Shown here: positions 35,501-44,092 of the stretch, one piece after another
Layout of the letters: each line of letters starts with the position of its first letter
Position numbering within the stretch: the first letter of the stretch is position 1
Assembly (NCBI GenBank): GCA_965238225.1
Contig: OZ250183.1
Location: 1,536,001 to 1,600,000 of the forward strand
Direction: 5' to 3'
Length of the DNA: 64,000 nt
DNA from: Gammaproteobacteria bacterium
Lineage (GTDB): Bacteria; Pseudomonadota; Gammaproteobacteria; Eutrophobiales; Eutrophobiaceae
Notes under the pieces: model-generated
Databases searched by the model: none
Seen by the model: only the letters and a program-made list of their open reading frames with translations
Told to the model about the DNA's origin: nothing
Position numbers and translations under genes: made by a program

Positions 35501-38329
35501 TGTGTTGTCTACGGTAATGGTGGTAGATGTAGGTTCTATTACATTGCCTGCTAAGTCTGTACCTTGGCTTAGTGTAAATGTTTGTGTGCCATCACCTGTG
35601 CCTGGTATCCATCTATAGGTGTAGGTTGTTGCATTGAATCTTGTCATGTTGGTGGCAGCAATGGGATTTACGCCAGTACCTGTAATTTGCATGGCAGGCG
35701 TATCTGCTATGTCCTCACTGCATTTAGCATGGACGATGACGGTATCCCCTGCTTTTACTGCAGGTATACGATAATTAGCTCCTATACGATAACTAATGCC
35801 GTTTACTCTTAGCCAAGAACGGACATCGGCTGTGGGGGCTGTGGTATCTTTTATGGTAAGTTCGTTTGATGTAGTATCTGTGCTTACATTGCCTGTTGTG
35901 TCTGTGACTGTTACAAGGATGTTGTAAGTGCCATCAGCAAGTGCATTAGCATTACTTACTGTAAAAGACCATGTGCCATCCGTAGCAACAGTGGGTGTAT
36001 AGGTTTCACCATTTAAGGCAACAGAGAGTGTCTCACCTGTAAGAAGTGCGTTACCTGTGCCTGTTGTGCCTGTGATGACAGGTATGCTGTTGTTGCTAGT
36101 TTGTGCATTAACCGTGGGTGTCGCAGGGGCTGTGTTGTCTACGGTAATTGCAGCAGATGTAGGTTCTATTACATTGCCTGCTAAGTCTGTACCTTGGCTT
36201 AGTGTAAATGTTTGTGTGCCATCACCTGTGCCTACTGTCCATCTATGGATGTAGGTTGTTGCATTAATTTTTGTCATGTTGGTGGCAGCAATGGGATTTA
36301 CGCCAGTACCTGTAATTTGCATGGCAGGCGTATCTGCTATGTCCTCACTGAATTTAGCATGGACGATGACGGTATCCCCTGCTTTTACTGCAGGTATACG
36401 ATAATTAGCTCCTATACGATAACTAATGCCGTTTACTCTTAGCCAAGAACGGACATCGGCTGTGGGGGCTGTGTTGTCTACTACTACTGTTGTAATGTTA
36501 GTGGTGGTACCAGCATAGGCATTACCTGCAACATCTCTAAAGACTGTTGCTGGGATGGTGATTTCATAGCTTGTACCTGAAAGTAAGTCGTCTGTTGGGT
36601 TAAGGGTGATAGTAGAAGTACCTTCGCCTGTTACCTGTGTGCTTGTTACAGGAATATTTATAGCAGTACCACCTTGAGGTGTTAGGGTAATATTGCCTGT
36701 GCCTATGGTAATTTCTTCATTAAAGGTCAGCACAATATTACTGTCTAATGGAACATTAGTTGCATTATTTGCAGGTGTAAAGGATGTTAATGTCGGAGCT
36801 GTGTTGTCTACGGTAATAGTGGTAGATGTAGGTTCTATTACATTGCCTACTAAGTCTGTACCTTGGCTTAGTGTGAATGTTTGTGTGCCATCACCTGTGC
36901 CTGGTATCCATCTATAGGTGTAGGTTGTTGCATTGAATCTTGTCATGTTGGTGGCAGCAATGGGATTTACGCCAGTACCTGTAATTTGCATGGCAGGCGT
37001 ATCTGCTATGTCCTCACTGAATTTAGCATGGACGATGACGGTATCCCCTGCTTTTACTGCAGGTATACGATAATTAGCTCCTATACGATAACTAATGCCG
37101 TTTACTCTTAGCCAAGAACGGACATCGGCTGTGGGGGCTGTGTTGTCTACTACTACTGTTGTAATGTTAGTGGTGGTACCAGCATAGGCATTACCTGCAA
37201 CATCTCTAAAGACTGTTGCTGGGATGGTGATTTCATAGCTTGTACCTGAAAGTAAGTCGTCTGTTGGGTTAAGGGTGATGGTAGAAGTACCTTCGCCTGT
37301 TACCTGTGTGCTTGTTACAGGAATATTTATAGCAGTACCACCTTGAGGTGCTAGGGTAATATTGCCTGTGCCTATGGTAATTTCTTCATTAAAGGTCAGC
37401 ACAATATTACTGTCTAATAGAACATTAGTTGCATTATTTGCAGGTGTAAAGGATGTTAATGTCGGAGCTGTGTTGTCTACGGTAATAGTGGTAGATGCAG
37501 TGTCTGTGCTTACATTGCCTGCTAAGTCTGTACCTTGGCTTAGTGTAAATGTTTGTGTGCCATCACCTGTGCCTACTGTCCATCTATAGGTGTAGGTTGT
37601 TGCATTGAATCTTGTCATGTTGGTGGCAGCAATGGGATTTACGCCAGTACCTGTAATTTGCATGGCAGGCGTATCTGCTATGTCCTCACTGAATCTAGCA
37701 TGGACGATGACGGCATCCCCTGCTTTTACTGCAGGTATACGATAATTAGCTCCTATACGATAACTAATGCCGTTTACTCTTAGCCAAGAACGGACATCGG
37801 CTGTGGGGGCTGTGGTATCTATGGTAAGTTCGTTTGATGTAGTATCTGTGCTTACATTGCCTGCTGTGTCTGTGGCTGTTGCAACGACTTCGTAGGTTCC
37901 GCTGGTAAGTGTATTAGCATTACTTACTGTAAAAGACCATGTGCCATCTGTTACAACAGTGGGTGTGTAGGTTGTGCCATCTAACGCTACAGAAAAGGTT
38001 TCGCTTAAGCTAAGTGCTGTGCTTGTGCCTATTGTGCCTGTGATTTCAGGCGTTGTGTCATTGCTGGTTTGTGTATTAACCGTGGGGGTAACAGGGGCTG
38101 TGTTGTCTACGGTAATAGTGGTAGATGTAGGTTCTATTACATTGCCTACTAAGTCTGTGCCTTGGCTTAGTGTGAATGTTTGTGTGCCATCGCCTGTGCC
38201 TACTGTCCATCTATAGGTGTAGGTTGTTGCATTGAATCTTGTCATGTTGGTGGCAGCAATGGGATTTACGCCAGTACCTGTAATTTGCATGGCAGGCGTA
38301 TCTGCTATGTCCTCACTGAAGGTTAGCAT
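32525..38329 (-). CDS. Giant Ig-like repeat surface protein, C-terminal part, ending in a GH16 glycoside hydrolase domain with an inserted CBM
   Basis: Thr-rich DNTAPT-linked Ig repeats; GH16 motifs FSDEFDG, GYVEARLK, AFWL, EIDIAE, YHVYAVEW, DYIRVWQ; continues 38494-40683 across frameshifts. Confidence 0.88.
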   Translation of the reverse strand: MLTFSEDIADTPAMQITGTGVNPIAATNMTRFNATTYTYRWTVGTGDGTQTFTLSQGTDLVGNVIEPTSTTITVDNTAPVTPTVNTQTSNDTTPEITGTIGTSTALSLSETFSVALDGTTYTPTVVTDGTWSFTVSNANTLTSGTYEVVATATDTAGNVSTDTTSNELTIDTTAPTADVRSWLRVNGISYRIGANYRIPAVKAGDAVIVHARFSEDIADTPAMQITGTGVNPIAATNMTRFNATTYTYRWTVGTGDGTQTFTLSQGTDLAGNVSTDTASTTITVDNTAPTLTSFTPANNATNVLLDSNIVLTFNEEITIGTGNITLAPQGGTAINIPVTSTQVTGEGTSTITLNPTDDLLSGTSYEITIPATVFRDVAGNAYAGTTTNITTVVVDNTAPTADVRSWLRVNGISYRIGANYRIPAVKAGDTVIVHAKFSEDIADTPAMQITGTGVNPIAATNMTRFNATTYTYRWIPGTGDGTQTFTLSQGTDLVGNVIEPTSTTITVDNTAPTLTSFTPANNATNVPLDSNIVLTFNEEITIGTGNITLTPQGGTAINIPVTSTQVTGEGTSTITLNPTDDLLSGTSYEITIPATVFRDVAGNAYAGTTTNITTVVVDNTAPTADVRSWLRVNGISYRIGANYRIPAVKAGDTVIVHAKFSEDIADTPAMQITGTGVNPIAATNMTKINATTYIHRWTVGTGDGTQTFTLSQGTDLAGNVIEPTSAAITVDNTAPATPTVNAQTSNNSIPVITGTTGTGNALLTGETLSVALNGETYTPTVATDGTWSFTVSNANALADGTYNILVTVTDTTGNVSTDTTSNELTIKDTTAPTADVRSWLRVNGISYRIGANYRIPAVKAGDTVIVHAKCSEDIADTPAMQITGTGVNPIAATNMTRFNATTYTYRWIPGTGDGTQTFTLSQGTDLAGNVIEPTSTTITVDNTAPATTPTVNTLTSNDSIPQITGTIGIGNSLLTGETLSVALNGETYTPIVATDGTWHFTANTLVDGTYDITATVTDAAGNASADTTTNELTIKDTTAPTADVRSWLRVNGMSYRIGANYRIPAVKAGDTVIVHAKFSEDIADTPAMQITGTGVNPIAATNMTRFNATTYTYRWIPGTGDGTQTFTLSQGTDLVGNVIEPTSTTITVDNTAPTATIGYLKTINDTSVVVTQVEEGDEIIVHAKFSEDMTDSPPMQITGIGVNPIAATNMTKFNATTYYYFWTVGTGDGTQIFTLSQGTDLSGNVITPTSTSIYVTLSPPTASLHYYHINDDALADQVQAGDEVRVTATFDKDMAQSPAVQISGTGANNIDINGMTRVSARTYTYDWTVGTGLGEQTFTLSDGINLAGNEVIGTPTSGGTITVAKETIRPTAELSYYLYDADANPPMSDDPETKLYPRNTYRIRAEFSEDMAQSPAVQPVRLSGVGAQIITVNMTRVSPNVYHYFWTVADSVDTQVFTLSQATDLAGNEIIAEPTSSSGRIQVENRQGVCASEASSTEGNVQAEDPTPYNLDGVNGPSGTWVYKPSFSDEFDGDALDTTKWTQNIRHILKEPSIPYDPSYYLSVGDGVLTSRAAYEKHIIYARASSFGWTRHIADLELNGIGISGFDGSQPPSTRATTLYHHTGQGSFLFGHYAEEYYSHNRFSQKVEVPNGTYNVSFWAWAGGGHVTSAEVTVTLDDNNEITKTIHNSTSFIEYRIDNVVVTNGELTIAMEVEVDPGSIVRFDDFSVTPVGGTTNYVKNPGFEGGNPRFFTINKASAMRSLGKIECGYVEARLKAANTNSFTTTAFWLSANGNYDGKSYWNEIDIAEIGLPFNQPHEVATYRHHVWPVPPGETEYAAGYAKTSGLLAVNGALSNIAENYHVYAVEWTGEHLKAFHDGEHIGVTYNMSEYTTGVYDSPMNIIASTAKYSNDSLINEVNSKWDYIRVWQRPPSSE

Positions 38330-40600
38330 GGACGATGACGGTATCCCCTGCTTTTACTGCAGGTATACGATAATTAGCTCCTATACGATAACTAATGCCG
38401 TTTACTCTTAGCCAAGAACGGACATCGGTAGGGGCTGTGTTGTCTACGGTAAGTTCGTTTGATGTAGTATCTGTGCTTACATTGCCTGCTGTGTCAGTGA
38501 CTGTTGCAATGACTTCGTAGTTCAGTAAGTGTATTAGCATTACTTACTGTAAAAGACCATGTGCCATCTGTAGCAACAGTAGGTGTATAGGTTGTGCCAT
38601 CTAACGCTACAGAAAAGGTTTCGCTTAAGCTAAGTGCTGTGCCTGTGCCTATTGTGCCTGTGATTTGTGGTGTTGTGTCATTGCTGGTTTGTGTATTGAT
38701 TGTAGGGGTAGCAGGGGCTGTGTTGTCTACGGTAATGGCAGTAGATGTAGATGCCATTACATTGCCTGCTAAGTCTGTGCCTTGGCTTAGTGTAAATGTT
38801 TGTGTGCCATCGCCTGTGCCTACTGTCAATCTATAGGTGTAGATTGTTGCATTGAATTTTGTCATGTTGGTGGCAGCAATGGGATTTACGCCAGTACCTG
38901 TAATTTGCATGGCAGGCGTATCTGCTATGGGTTCGCTGAATCTAGCATGGACGATGACGGCATCCCCTGCTTTTACTGCAGGTATACGATAATTAGCTCC
39001 TATACGATAACTCATGCCGTTTACTCTTAGCCAAGAACGGACATCGACAGTAGGGGCTGTGTTGTCTACGGTAAGCTCGTTTGATGTAGTGTCTGTACTG
39101 ACATTGCCTGCTGTGTCTGTGATTGTTGCAGTGACGTTATAGGTGCCACCAGTAAGTGCATTAGCATTACTTACTGTAAAAGACCATGTGCCATCTGTAG
39201 CAACAGTAGGTGTGTAGGTTTCACCATTTAAGGTAATAGAGAGTGTCTCACCTGTAAGAAGTGAGTTACCTGTGCCTGTTGTGCCTGTGATGACAGGGGT
39301 TGTGTCATTGCTGGTTAGTGTATTAATCGTGGGTGTAGTAACAGGGGCTGTGCCTATCACTGTAATGGTGTTAGACGTGGTTTCGACAGTGTCCGTGCCT
39401 TGGTGGGTTAAAGTAAATGTTTGTATGCCAACAGCACCATCGTTGATTGTCCATGAATAGTAATAGAGCTCTCCGAGACTATCACTAGAGTATCTCATCA
39501 TACTGGTTGCAGGAAAGCTATGTGCGCCAGTACCTGTGATTTCTATACTAGGACTATCTGCCCATACTATTCCTCCAAGGTCTGTGGCAATGACAAATGC
39601 AGTATTCCCTGCTTCTACTTGAGTAACAGGCTGACCATTCATCAAATAAATGAGTGTAGCTTCGGGTGCTGTGGTATCTGTTGTTATGGTTGTAATGCTT
39701 ATACTGATACCAGCATAAGCATTACCTGCGCTGTCTGTGAAAGCTGTGTTGGGGGCAGTAATGCTATAGCTGGTATTTGCCAACAGAATATTTGTTGGAT
39801 CAATGGTAATTTTATTAGTACCTTCTCCTGTTACCTGTGTGCTTGTTATAGGAATATTTATAGCAGTACCACCTTGAGGTGCTAGGGTGATATTGCCTGT
39901 GCCTATGGTAATTTCTTCATTAAAGGTCAGCACAATATTACTGTCTAATGGAACATTAGTTGCATTATTTGCAGGTGTAAAGGATGTTAATGTCGGAGCT
40001 GTGTTGTCTACGGTAAGTTCGTTTGATGTAGTGTCTGTGCTGACATTGCCTGTTGCATTAGTGAATGTTGCAGTGATGTTGTAAGTGCCATCAGCAAGTG
40101 TATTGGCTGTAAAAGACCATGTGCCATCTGTAGCAACAGTAGGTGTATAGGTTGTACCATTTAAGGTAATAGAGAGTGTCTCACCTGTAAGAAGTGCGCT
40201 ACCTGTGCCTGTTGTGCCTGTGATGACAGGGGTTGGGTCATTGCTGGTTTGTGTATTAATCGTGGGTGTAGTAACAGGGGTTATGCCTATCACTGTAATG
40301 GTGTTAGACGTGGTTTCGACAGTGTCCGTGCCTTGGTGGGTTAAAGTAAATGTTTGTATGCCAATAGCACCATCGTTGATGATCCATGAATAGTAATAGA
40401 TCTCTCCGAGACTATCACTAGAGTATCTCGTCATACTGGTTGCAGGAAAGCTATGTGCGCCAGTACCTGTGATTTCTATGCTAGGATTATCTGCCCATAC
40501 TATTCCTCCAAGGTCTGTGGCGATGATAAATACATTATTCCCTGCTTCTACTTGAGTAACAGTCCGACCATTCATCAAATAAATGAGTGTAGCTTCGGGT
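34900..40600. repeat. Intragenic near-identical Ig-domain repeats (about 7 copies of the VRSWLRVNG module, 3 SbsA-like LTSFTPANNATNV modules, several TSND.TP.ITGT modules, 2 APEATLIYLMNG modules)
   Basis: Repeated DNA blocks are visible directly, e.g. a 669-bp tandem unit at ~36450 and ~37119. Confidence 0.93.
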
Positions 40601-40683
40601 GCTGCCTGTGCTACCTGTGCAGAAAATCCTGCAAGGAGAAAGACCAGTGTGAGACGTTTTAGTAGATTAGCTTTGCCTAACAT
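38494..40683 (-). CDS. Giant Ig-like repeat surface protein, N-terminal part with Sec signal peptide (same gene as 32525-38329; frameshifts at ~38520 and ~38320)
   Basis: MLGKANLLKRLTLVFLLAGFSAQVAQA signal peptide, same repeat modules; bridged by ORF 38313-38540 in a third frame. Confidence 0.87.
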   Translation of the reverse strand: MLGKANLLKRLTLVFLLAGFSAQVAQAAPEATLIYLMNGRTVTQVEAGNNVFIIATDLGGIVWADNPSIEITGTGAHSFPATSMTRYSSDSLGEIYYYSWIINDGAIGIQTFTLTHQGTDTVETTSNTITVIGITPVTTPTINTQTSNDPTPVITGTTGTGSALLTGETLSITLNGTTYTPTVATDGTWSFTANTLADGTYNITATFTNATGNVSTDTTSNELTVDNTAPTLTSFTPANNATNVPLDSNIVLTFNEEITIGTGNITLAPQGGTAINIPITSTQVTGEGTNKITIDPTNILLANTSYSITAPNTAFTDSAGNAYAGISISITTITTDTTAPEATLIYLMNGQPVTQVEAGNTAFVIATDLGGIVWADSPSIEITGTGAHSFPATSMMRYSSDSLGELYYYSWTINDGAVGIQTFTLTHQGTDTVETTSNTITVIGTAPVTTPTINTLTSNDTTPVITGTTGTGNSLLTGETLSITLNGETYTPTVATDGTWSFTVSNANALTGGTYNVTATITDTAGNVSTDTTSNELTVDNTAPTVDVRSWLRVNGMSYRIGANYRIPAVKAGDAVIVHARFSEPIADTPAMQITGTGVNPIAATNMTKFNATIYTYRLTVGTGDGTQTFTLSQGTDLAGNVMASTSTAITVDNTAPATPTINTQTSNDTTPQITGTIGTGTALSLSETFSVALDGTTYTPTVATDGTWSFTVSNANTLTELRSHCNSH

Positions 40684-40718
40684 AACTTTAATATTCCGTC
40701 ATCTGTTTGCGTTATATT

Positions 40719-40787
40719 TACACCTAAATTTATACCACTTATATCTAACTTAGATTAATTACACCTTAACTTAGATTAATTACACCT
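40719..40787 (-). promoter_or_regulatory. Phased TACACCT boxes, including a perfect 21-bp tandem repeat, upstream of the giant gene
   Basis: taacttagattaattacacct x2 at 40746-40787; TAYAYCT at 40719, 40740, 40760, 40781. Confidence 0.45.
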
Positions 40788-40874
40788 GATGATTCTATAC
40801 CCATCTGCTGCATACTCATCTGCTGGTTGATTGCCAATTACTTGTTAGTATTGGCCAATCCTTAACTGGCATAG

Positions 40875-41134
40875 ATTTTAAATAATTTCAAGTGCCTTTT
40901 TAAACTGTGCTGCATCCTACAAAAATTCTTTTAGCTTGTTTTAAACCCTTAGTCTCGTTTTGGTTACAATAAGTTCCTAAAAGATAAAGAGGGCTACCCC
41001 AGATAAGTAGGTTATAGTTACCTTAAGGCATTGTTTTAACTGTTTTAATTAGTTTAATTGCTTATTATGTGACAGCCCTTGAATGACTTTATTTATTCTG
41101 ACCAAGGAGGACGCTGCCATACACGAATATAGTC
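40875..41134. repeat. Direct repeat copy B (paralog of 32306-32566)
   Basis: Same sequence blocks as copy A, about 8.57 kb away. Confidence 0.92.
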
Positions 41135-41280
41135 AAATTCAGCTGTGGTGGAAAAATTCTTCCAGTTCTCCGTATAATCTCTAACCATAGCTCGCGCCTC
41201 AGCATCGAAGATAATATTTTAATGGATATATAAAATTAGCACTTTCACTGTTATTAGGGTATTGCACTACATCCTTCTGG
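41093..41280 (-). pseudogene. Relic 3' end of a paralogous GH16-tipped gene
   Basis: With one frameshift reads ...FIYPL/NIIFDAEARAMVRDYTENWKNFSTTAEFDYIRVWQRPPWSE*, versus ...SPMNIIAST...KWDYIRVWQRPPSSE* in the giant gene. Confidence 0.8.
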
Positions 41281-41586
41281 GGGATCTGTATTGTGTTGCT
41301 AATTGATTCGATAGGGCTGTGAATATCATTGATATTGGCAGTCTGTAAAGTAACAGGCGAGATTAAGACATCAAGATGGCGGTCACGCATTCGGTAACTT
41401 CATTAAGTTAACACATCAAAATTTACCAGACTCAAAATATTTAAACAGACGAAATTTATTTTAAATTACAAGGCAAAAAATTTACTCTCGGCATTTCAAT
41501 TTTGCCTTTAATTATGCAGGGCGTTACAATTCGGGATACTGTAATTTTTATTAGACTTATGCCTAACCAATACAGGAGCAGATGCA

Positions 41587-43653
41587 TTGAAAAGAGTTTG
41601 CCTGTTTAGCGTCACAATCTTATCTTTAATTATCCAACCTTGTTTCGCATACATGGGCGCGGCCAAAGATGCTTTGGCGCGTGAAGATTATGTCGGCGCT
41701 GCTGCTTTATTTCAAAAACTTGCCGAGCAGGGAGATAAAAAAGCGCAAGCTCATTTAGGTTATATGTACTACGTTGGTGAGGGCGTAGCACAGGATTATG
41801 CTGAGGCCATTAAGTGGTACAAGAAGGCAGTAATTCTTGGCGATAGAGATTCTCAATATAATCTCGCTGTTGCCTACGCATTTGGTCAAGGTATTGAACA
41901 AGACTACCAAGAAGCCCTGCAGTGGTATCGACGTGCTGCAGAACAAGGTCATAAGGTCGCGCAATATAGTTTGGGTATCTCGTACGCCTACGGCGAAGGG
42001 ACGACTCAAAATCAGCAATTAGCAGCAGAATGGTTTAAAAAATCAGCAGATCAGGGGTATGTTACGGCTCAAAACGCATTGAATAGTATCGAAAGAGCTA
42101 TGACGGATGCAAACAAGCCTGCGCTCATTCCCGATCCTGAAATAGACATCCTCAAAATAGACGATCTGCCAAAAAAAGGTTTTTTTGGCAGATTATTTGG
42201 CAAAAAAGATGAGGCAAATTCAAACTTAGAACCCAGTGATGAAGCTTACAAACAACCTGTCAGCGAGCATACAGAAGTGGCTGCCTCCACTGCTGCGGAA
42301 CAAAAACTGGAGCCTGACCCTGTTGAAATAGAGACACAGTTATCAGGAGAACCTAACATTGCAGATAAACCTCTGCAAACGACACAAACAGCGGTTCATA
42401 GTCAAACAGAGAAAAAAGGCTTCTTATCTTGGTTATTTTCCAGTAAAAAAATATTTGACGGTGAAGAATCGAATGCAGAAGACAATATGGAGGAAGATAC
42501 TGCCACAGACATCGTTGAAATTGATACTTCCACAGAACCTACGGTTATCGCAAAATTAGAAGAACCTGAACAATCCGAACAAAGCAGACAATCTTCAGCG
42601 CGTGCGCAAAGTAATGTTGATGATTCTATGAGTGAGCTTATGGGCAATTCTATGGAATTTTCTATGAATAATGCTACGAAAGATTTCATGGAAGATGAAT
42701 CTGGAGAAATATTTGCAGAGCCTATTGACCTTGTCTTAGATGCGAAAAATACAGACGACATCCTAAACCTACGGTCACTTGCAGCCAAGGGAAACTCAAC
42801 CGCTCAATTGCGGCTTGCTATCTTGTGTCATCAAGGCAAGGATGTGCAACAAGATAATACACAGGCCTTCCTCTGGTATCGCCGTGCAGCAGAACAAGGG
42901 CTTGCCGACGCACAATACAATCTTGGTAATATGTATTTGTTGGGCGAAGGTATTGAACAAGATGATTTCAAGGCGCAGCAGTGGTATAAAAAAGCAGCCG
43001 CACAAGGTCATCAAAATGCACAACATAATCTGGACAGCCTGCAACACACTATCACGACAAAGACAGAACAAGATGATGAGATAACAGAAGAACAAACTGA
43101 AAAGAAAATGGGATTCTTTAGTAGATTATTCGGACGAGATGAGCCTGATGAGGAACAATTTTTCGAACTTGATAACGCTATTGAAGAGACTGATAAATTT
43201 GACACTCATGATCCAGAAGCTATTCATCATTCACCAGAAAATCTCTATGCAAGAGGTCTTGCCTTTGAACTTGGTGAAGAAGTTTTGCAAAATTACAAAA
43301 CTGCCTTTAAATTTTTCAAGCAAGCAGCAGATTTAAATCATGCGCCGGCACAATACAAACTAGGTGTTGCCTATGCTTATGGTCAGGGTACTGAAAAAGA
43401 TCCTGCCAGCGCTCTCGCCCAGTATAAAAAATCAGCAGATCAAGGTCACGCTTTAGCACAAAGAGCACTCGCTACACTTTATATGAATGGTGAAGGCGTA
43501 GAACAAAACAAGCCGCTTGCTCTAGCTTGGTATGATATTTTGGTCAATAGCGGTAATGTCATGGATATTTACAAACGTGATACTTTAAAAGAAAAACTGA
43601 CAGCGGCTGAAATTAACGAAGCAAATATATTGAAACAGGGAATCGCGAACTAA
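41587..43653 (+). CDS. Secreted Sel1-repeat (TPR-like) protein with acidic linkers
   Basis: Signal peptide; AQYNLG.MY..GEG..QD...A..WY.KAA.QG repeats in three clusters. Confidence 0.9.
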   Translation: MKRVCLFSVTILSLIIQPCFAYMGAAKDALAREDYVGAAALFQKLAEQGDKKAQAHLGYMYYVGEGVAQDYAEAIKWYKKAVILGDRDSQYNLAVAYAFGQGIEQDYQEALQWYRRAAEQGHKVAQYSLGISYAYGEGTTQNQQLAAEWFKKSADQGYVTAQNALNSIERAMTDANKPALIPDPEIDILKIDDLPKKGFFGRLFGKKDEANSNLEPSDEAYKQPVSEHTEVAASTAAEQKLEPDPVEIETQLSGEPNIADKPLQTTQTAVHSQTEKKGFLSWLFSSKKIFDGEESNAEDNMEEDTATDIVEIDTSTEPTVIAKLEEPEQSEQSRQSSARAQSNVDDSMSELMGNSMEFSMNNATKDFMEDESGEIFAEPIDLVLDAKNTDDILNLRSLAAKGNSTAQLRLAILCHQGKDVQQDNTQAFLWYRRAAEQGLADAQYNLGNMYLLGEGIEQDDFKAQQWYKKAAAQGHQNAQHNLDSLQHTITTKTEQDDEITEEQTEKKMGFFSRLFGRDEPDEEQFFELDNAIEETDKFDTHDPEAIHHSPENLYARGLAFELGEEVLQNYKTAFKFFKQAADLNHAPAQYKLGVAYAYGQGTEKDPASALAQYKKSADQGHALAQRALATLYMNGEGVEQNKPLALAWYDILVNSGNVMDIYKRDTLKEKLTAAEINEANILKQGIAN

Positions 43654-43779
43654 TCACAGTAAATATATTAAAATTATAGCGCAAGACATTTCTGCACACT
43701 GAACAACCACGTTACAGTCCATCCGTGCTACGGATTATGAAGCGTAACTATAATACGACAATCATCAAGAAGAAATATA

Positions 43780-44043
43780 ATGAGTGAAAACGAAACAAAT
43801 AAAAACAATATGGAAAAAGGGTTTTTTAGTAAACTTTCAAATGGAGATTTTGGCTTAGCAAAAACTTACTGGTTATACAATGTATTAGTTGGTACTGTTT
43901 TTAACATTTTAATGAAACTCATTATATCAATTGAGTTTTTCATAATTGCGCTTGTAGCTTATATTGCATATTCAATACCTGTATTGATAGGGCTTTGGCA
44001 ATCTGCGAATAAATACAAAGGGAAAAAGTTATTACCAAAATAA
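43780..44043 (+). CDS. Small membrane protein, probable integron gene cassette, possibly C-terminally truncated
   Basis: GDFGLAKTYWLY...IGLWQSANKYKG; followed by an attC-like site. Confidence 0.65.
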   Translation: MSENETNKNNMEKGFFSKLSNGDFGLAKTYWLYNVLVGTVFNILMKLIISIEFFIIALVAYIAYSIPVLIGLWQSANKYKGKKLLPK

Positions 44044-44092
44044 AAGATAAATCTTTGTTAGGATTGTTAATTACACTTATTATTGGCATATG

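Noticed and set aside
34900-40600. CRISPR array
   Set aside because: Repeats are hundreds of bp long and protein-coding, with no repeat-spacer pattern and no cas genes
34637-40662. Repeated short plus-strand ORFs (MCAITCAW..., MPV...)
   Set aside because: Antisense shadows of the Thr-rich Ig repeats
32306-41280. Diversity-generating retroelement (TR/VR pair) or IS-bounded composite transposon
   Set aside because: No reverse transcriptase or transposase; differences between the repeats include indels and are not adenine-specific; no terminal inverted repeats
41199-41390. 63-aa minus-strand ORF as a real gene
   Set aside because: Its 3' part is the frameshifted GH16 relic; no independent support
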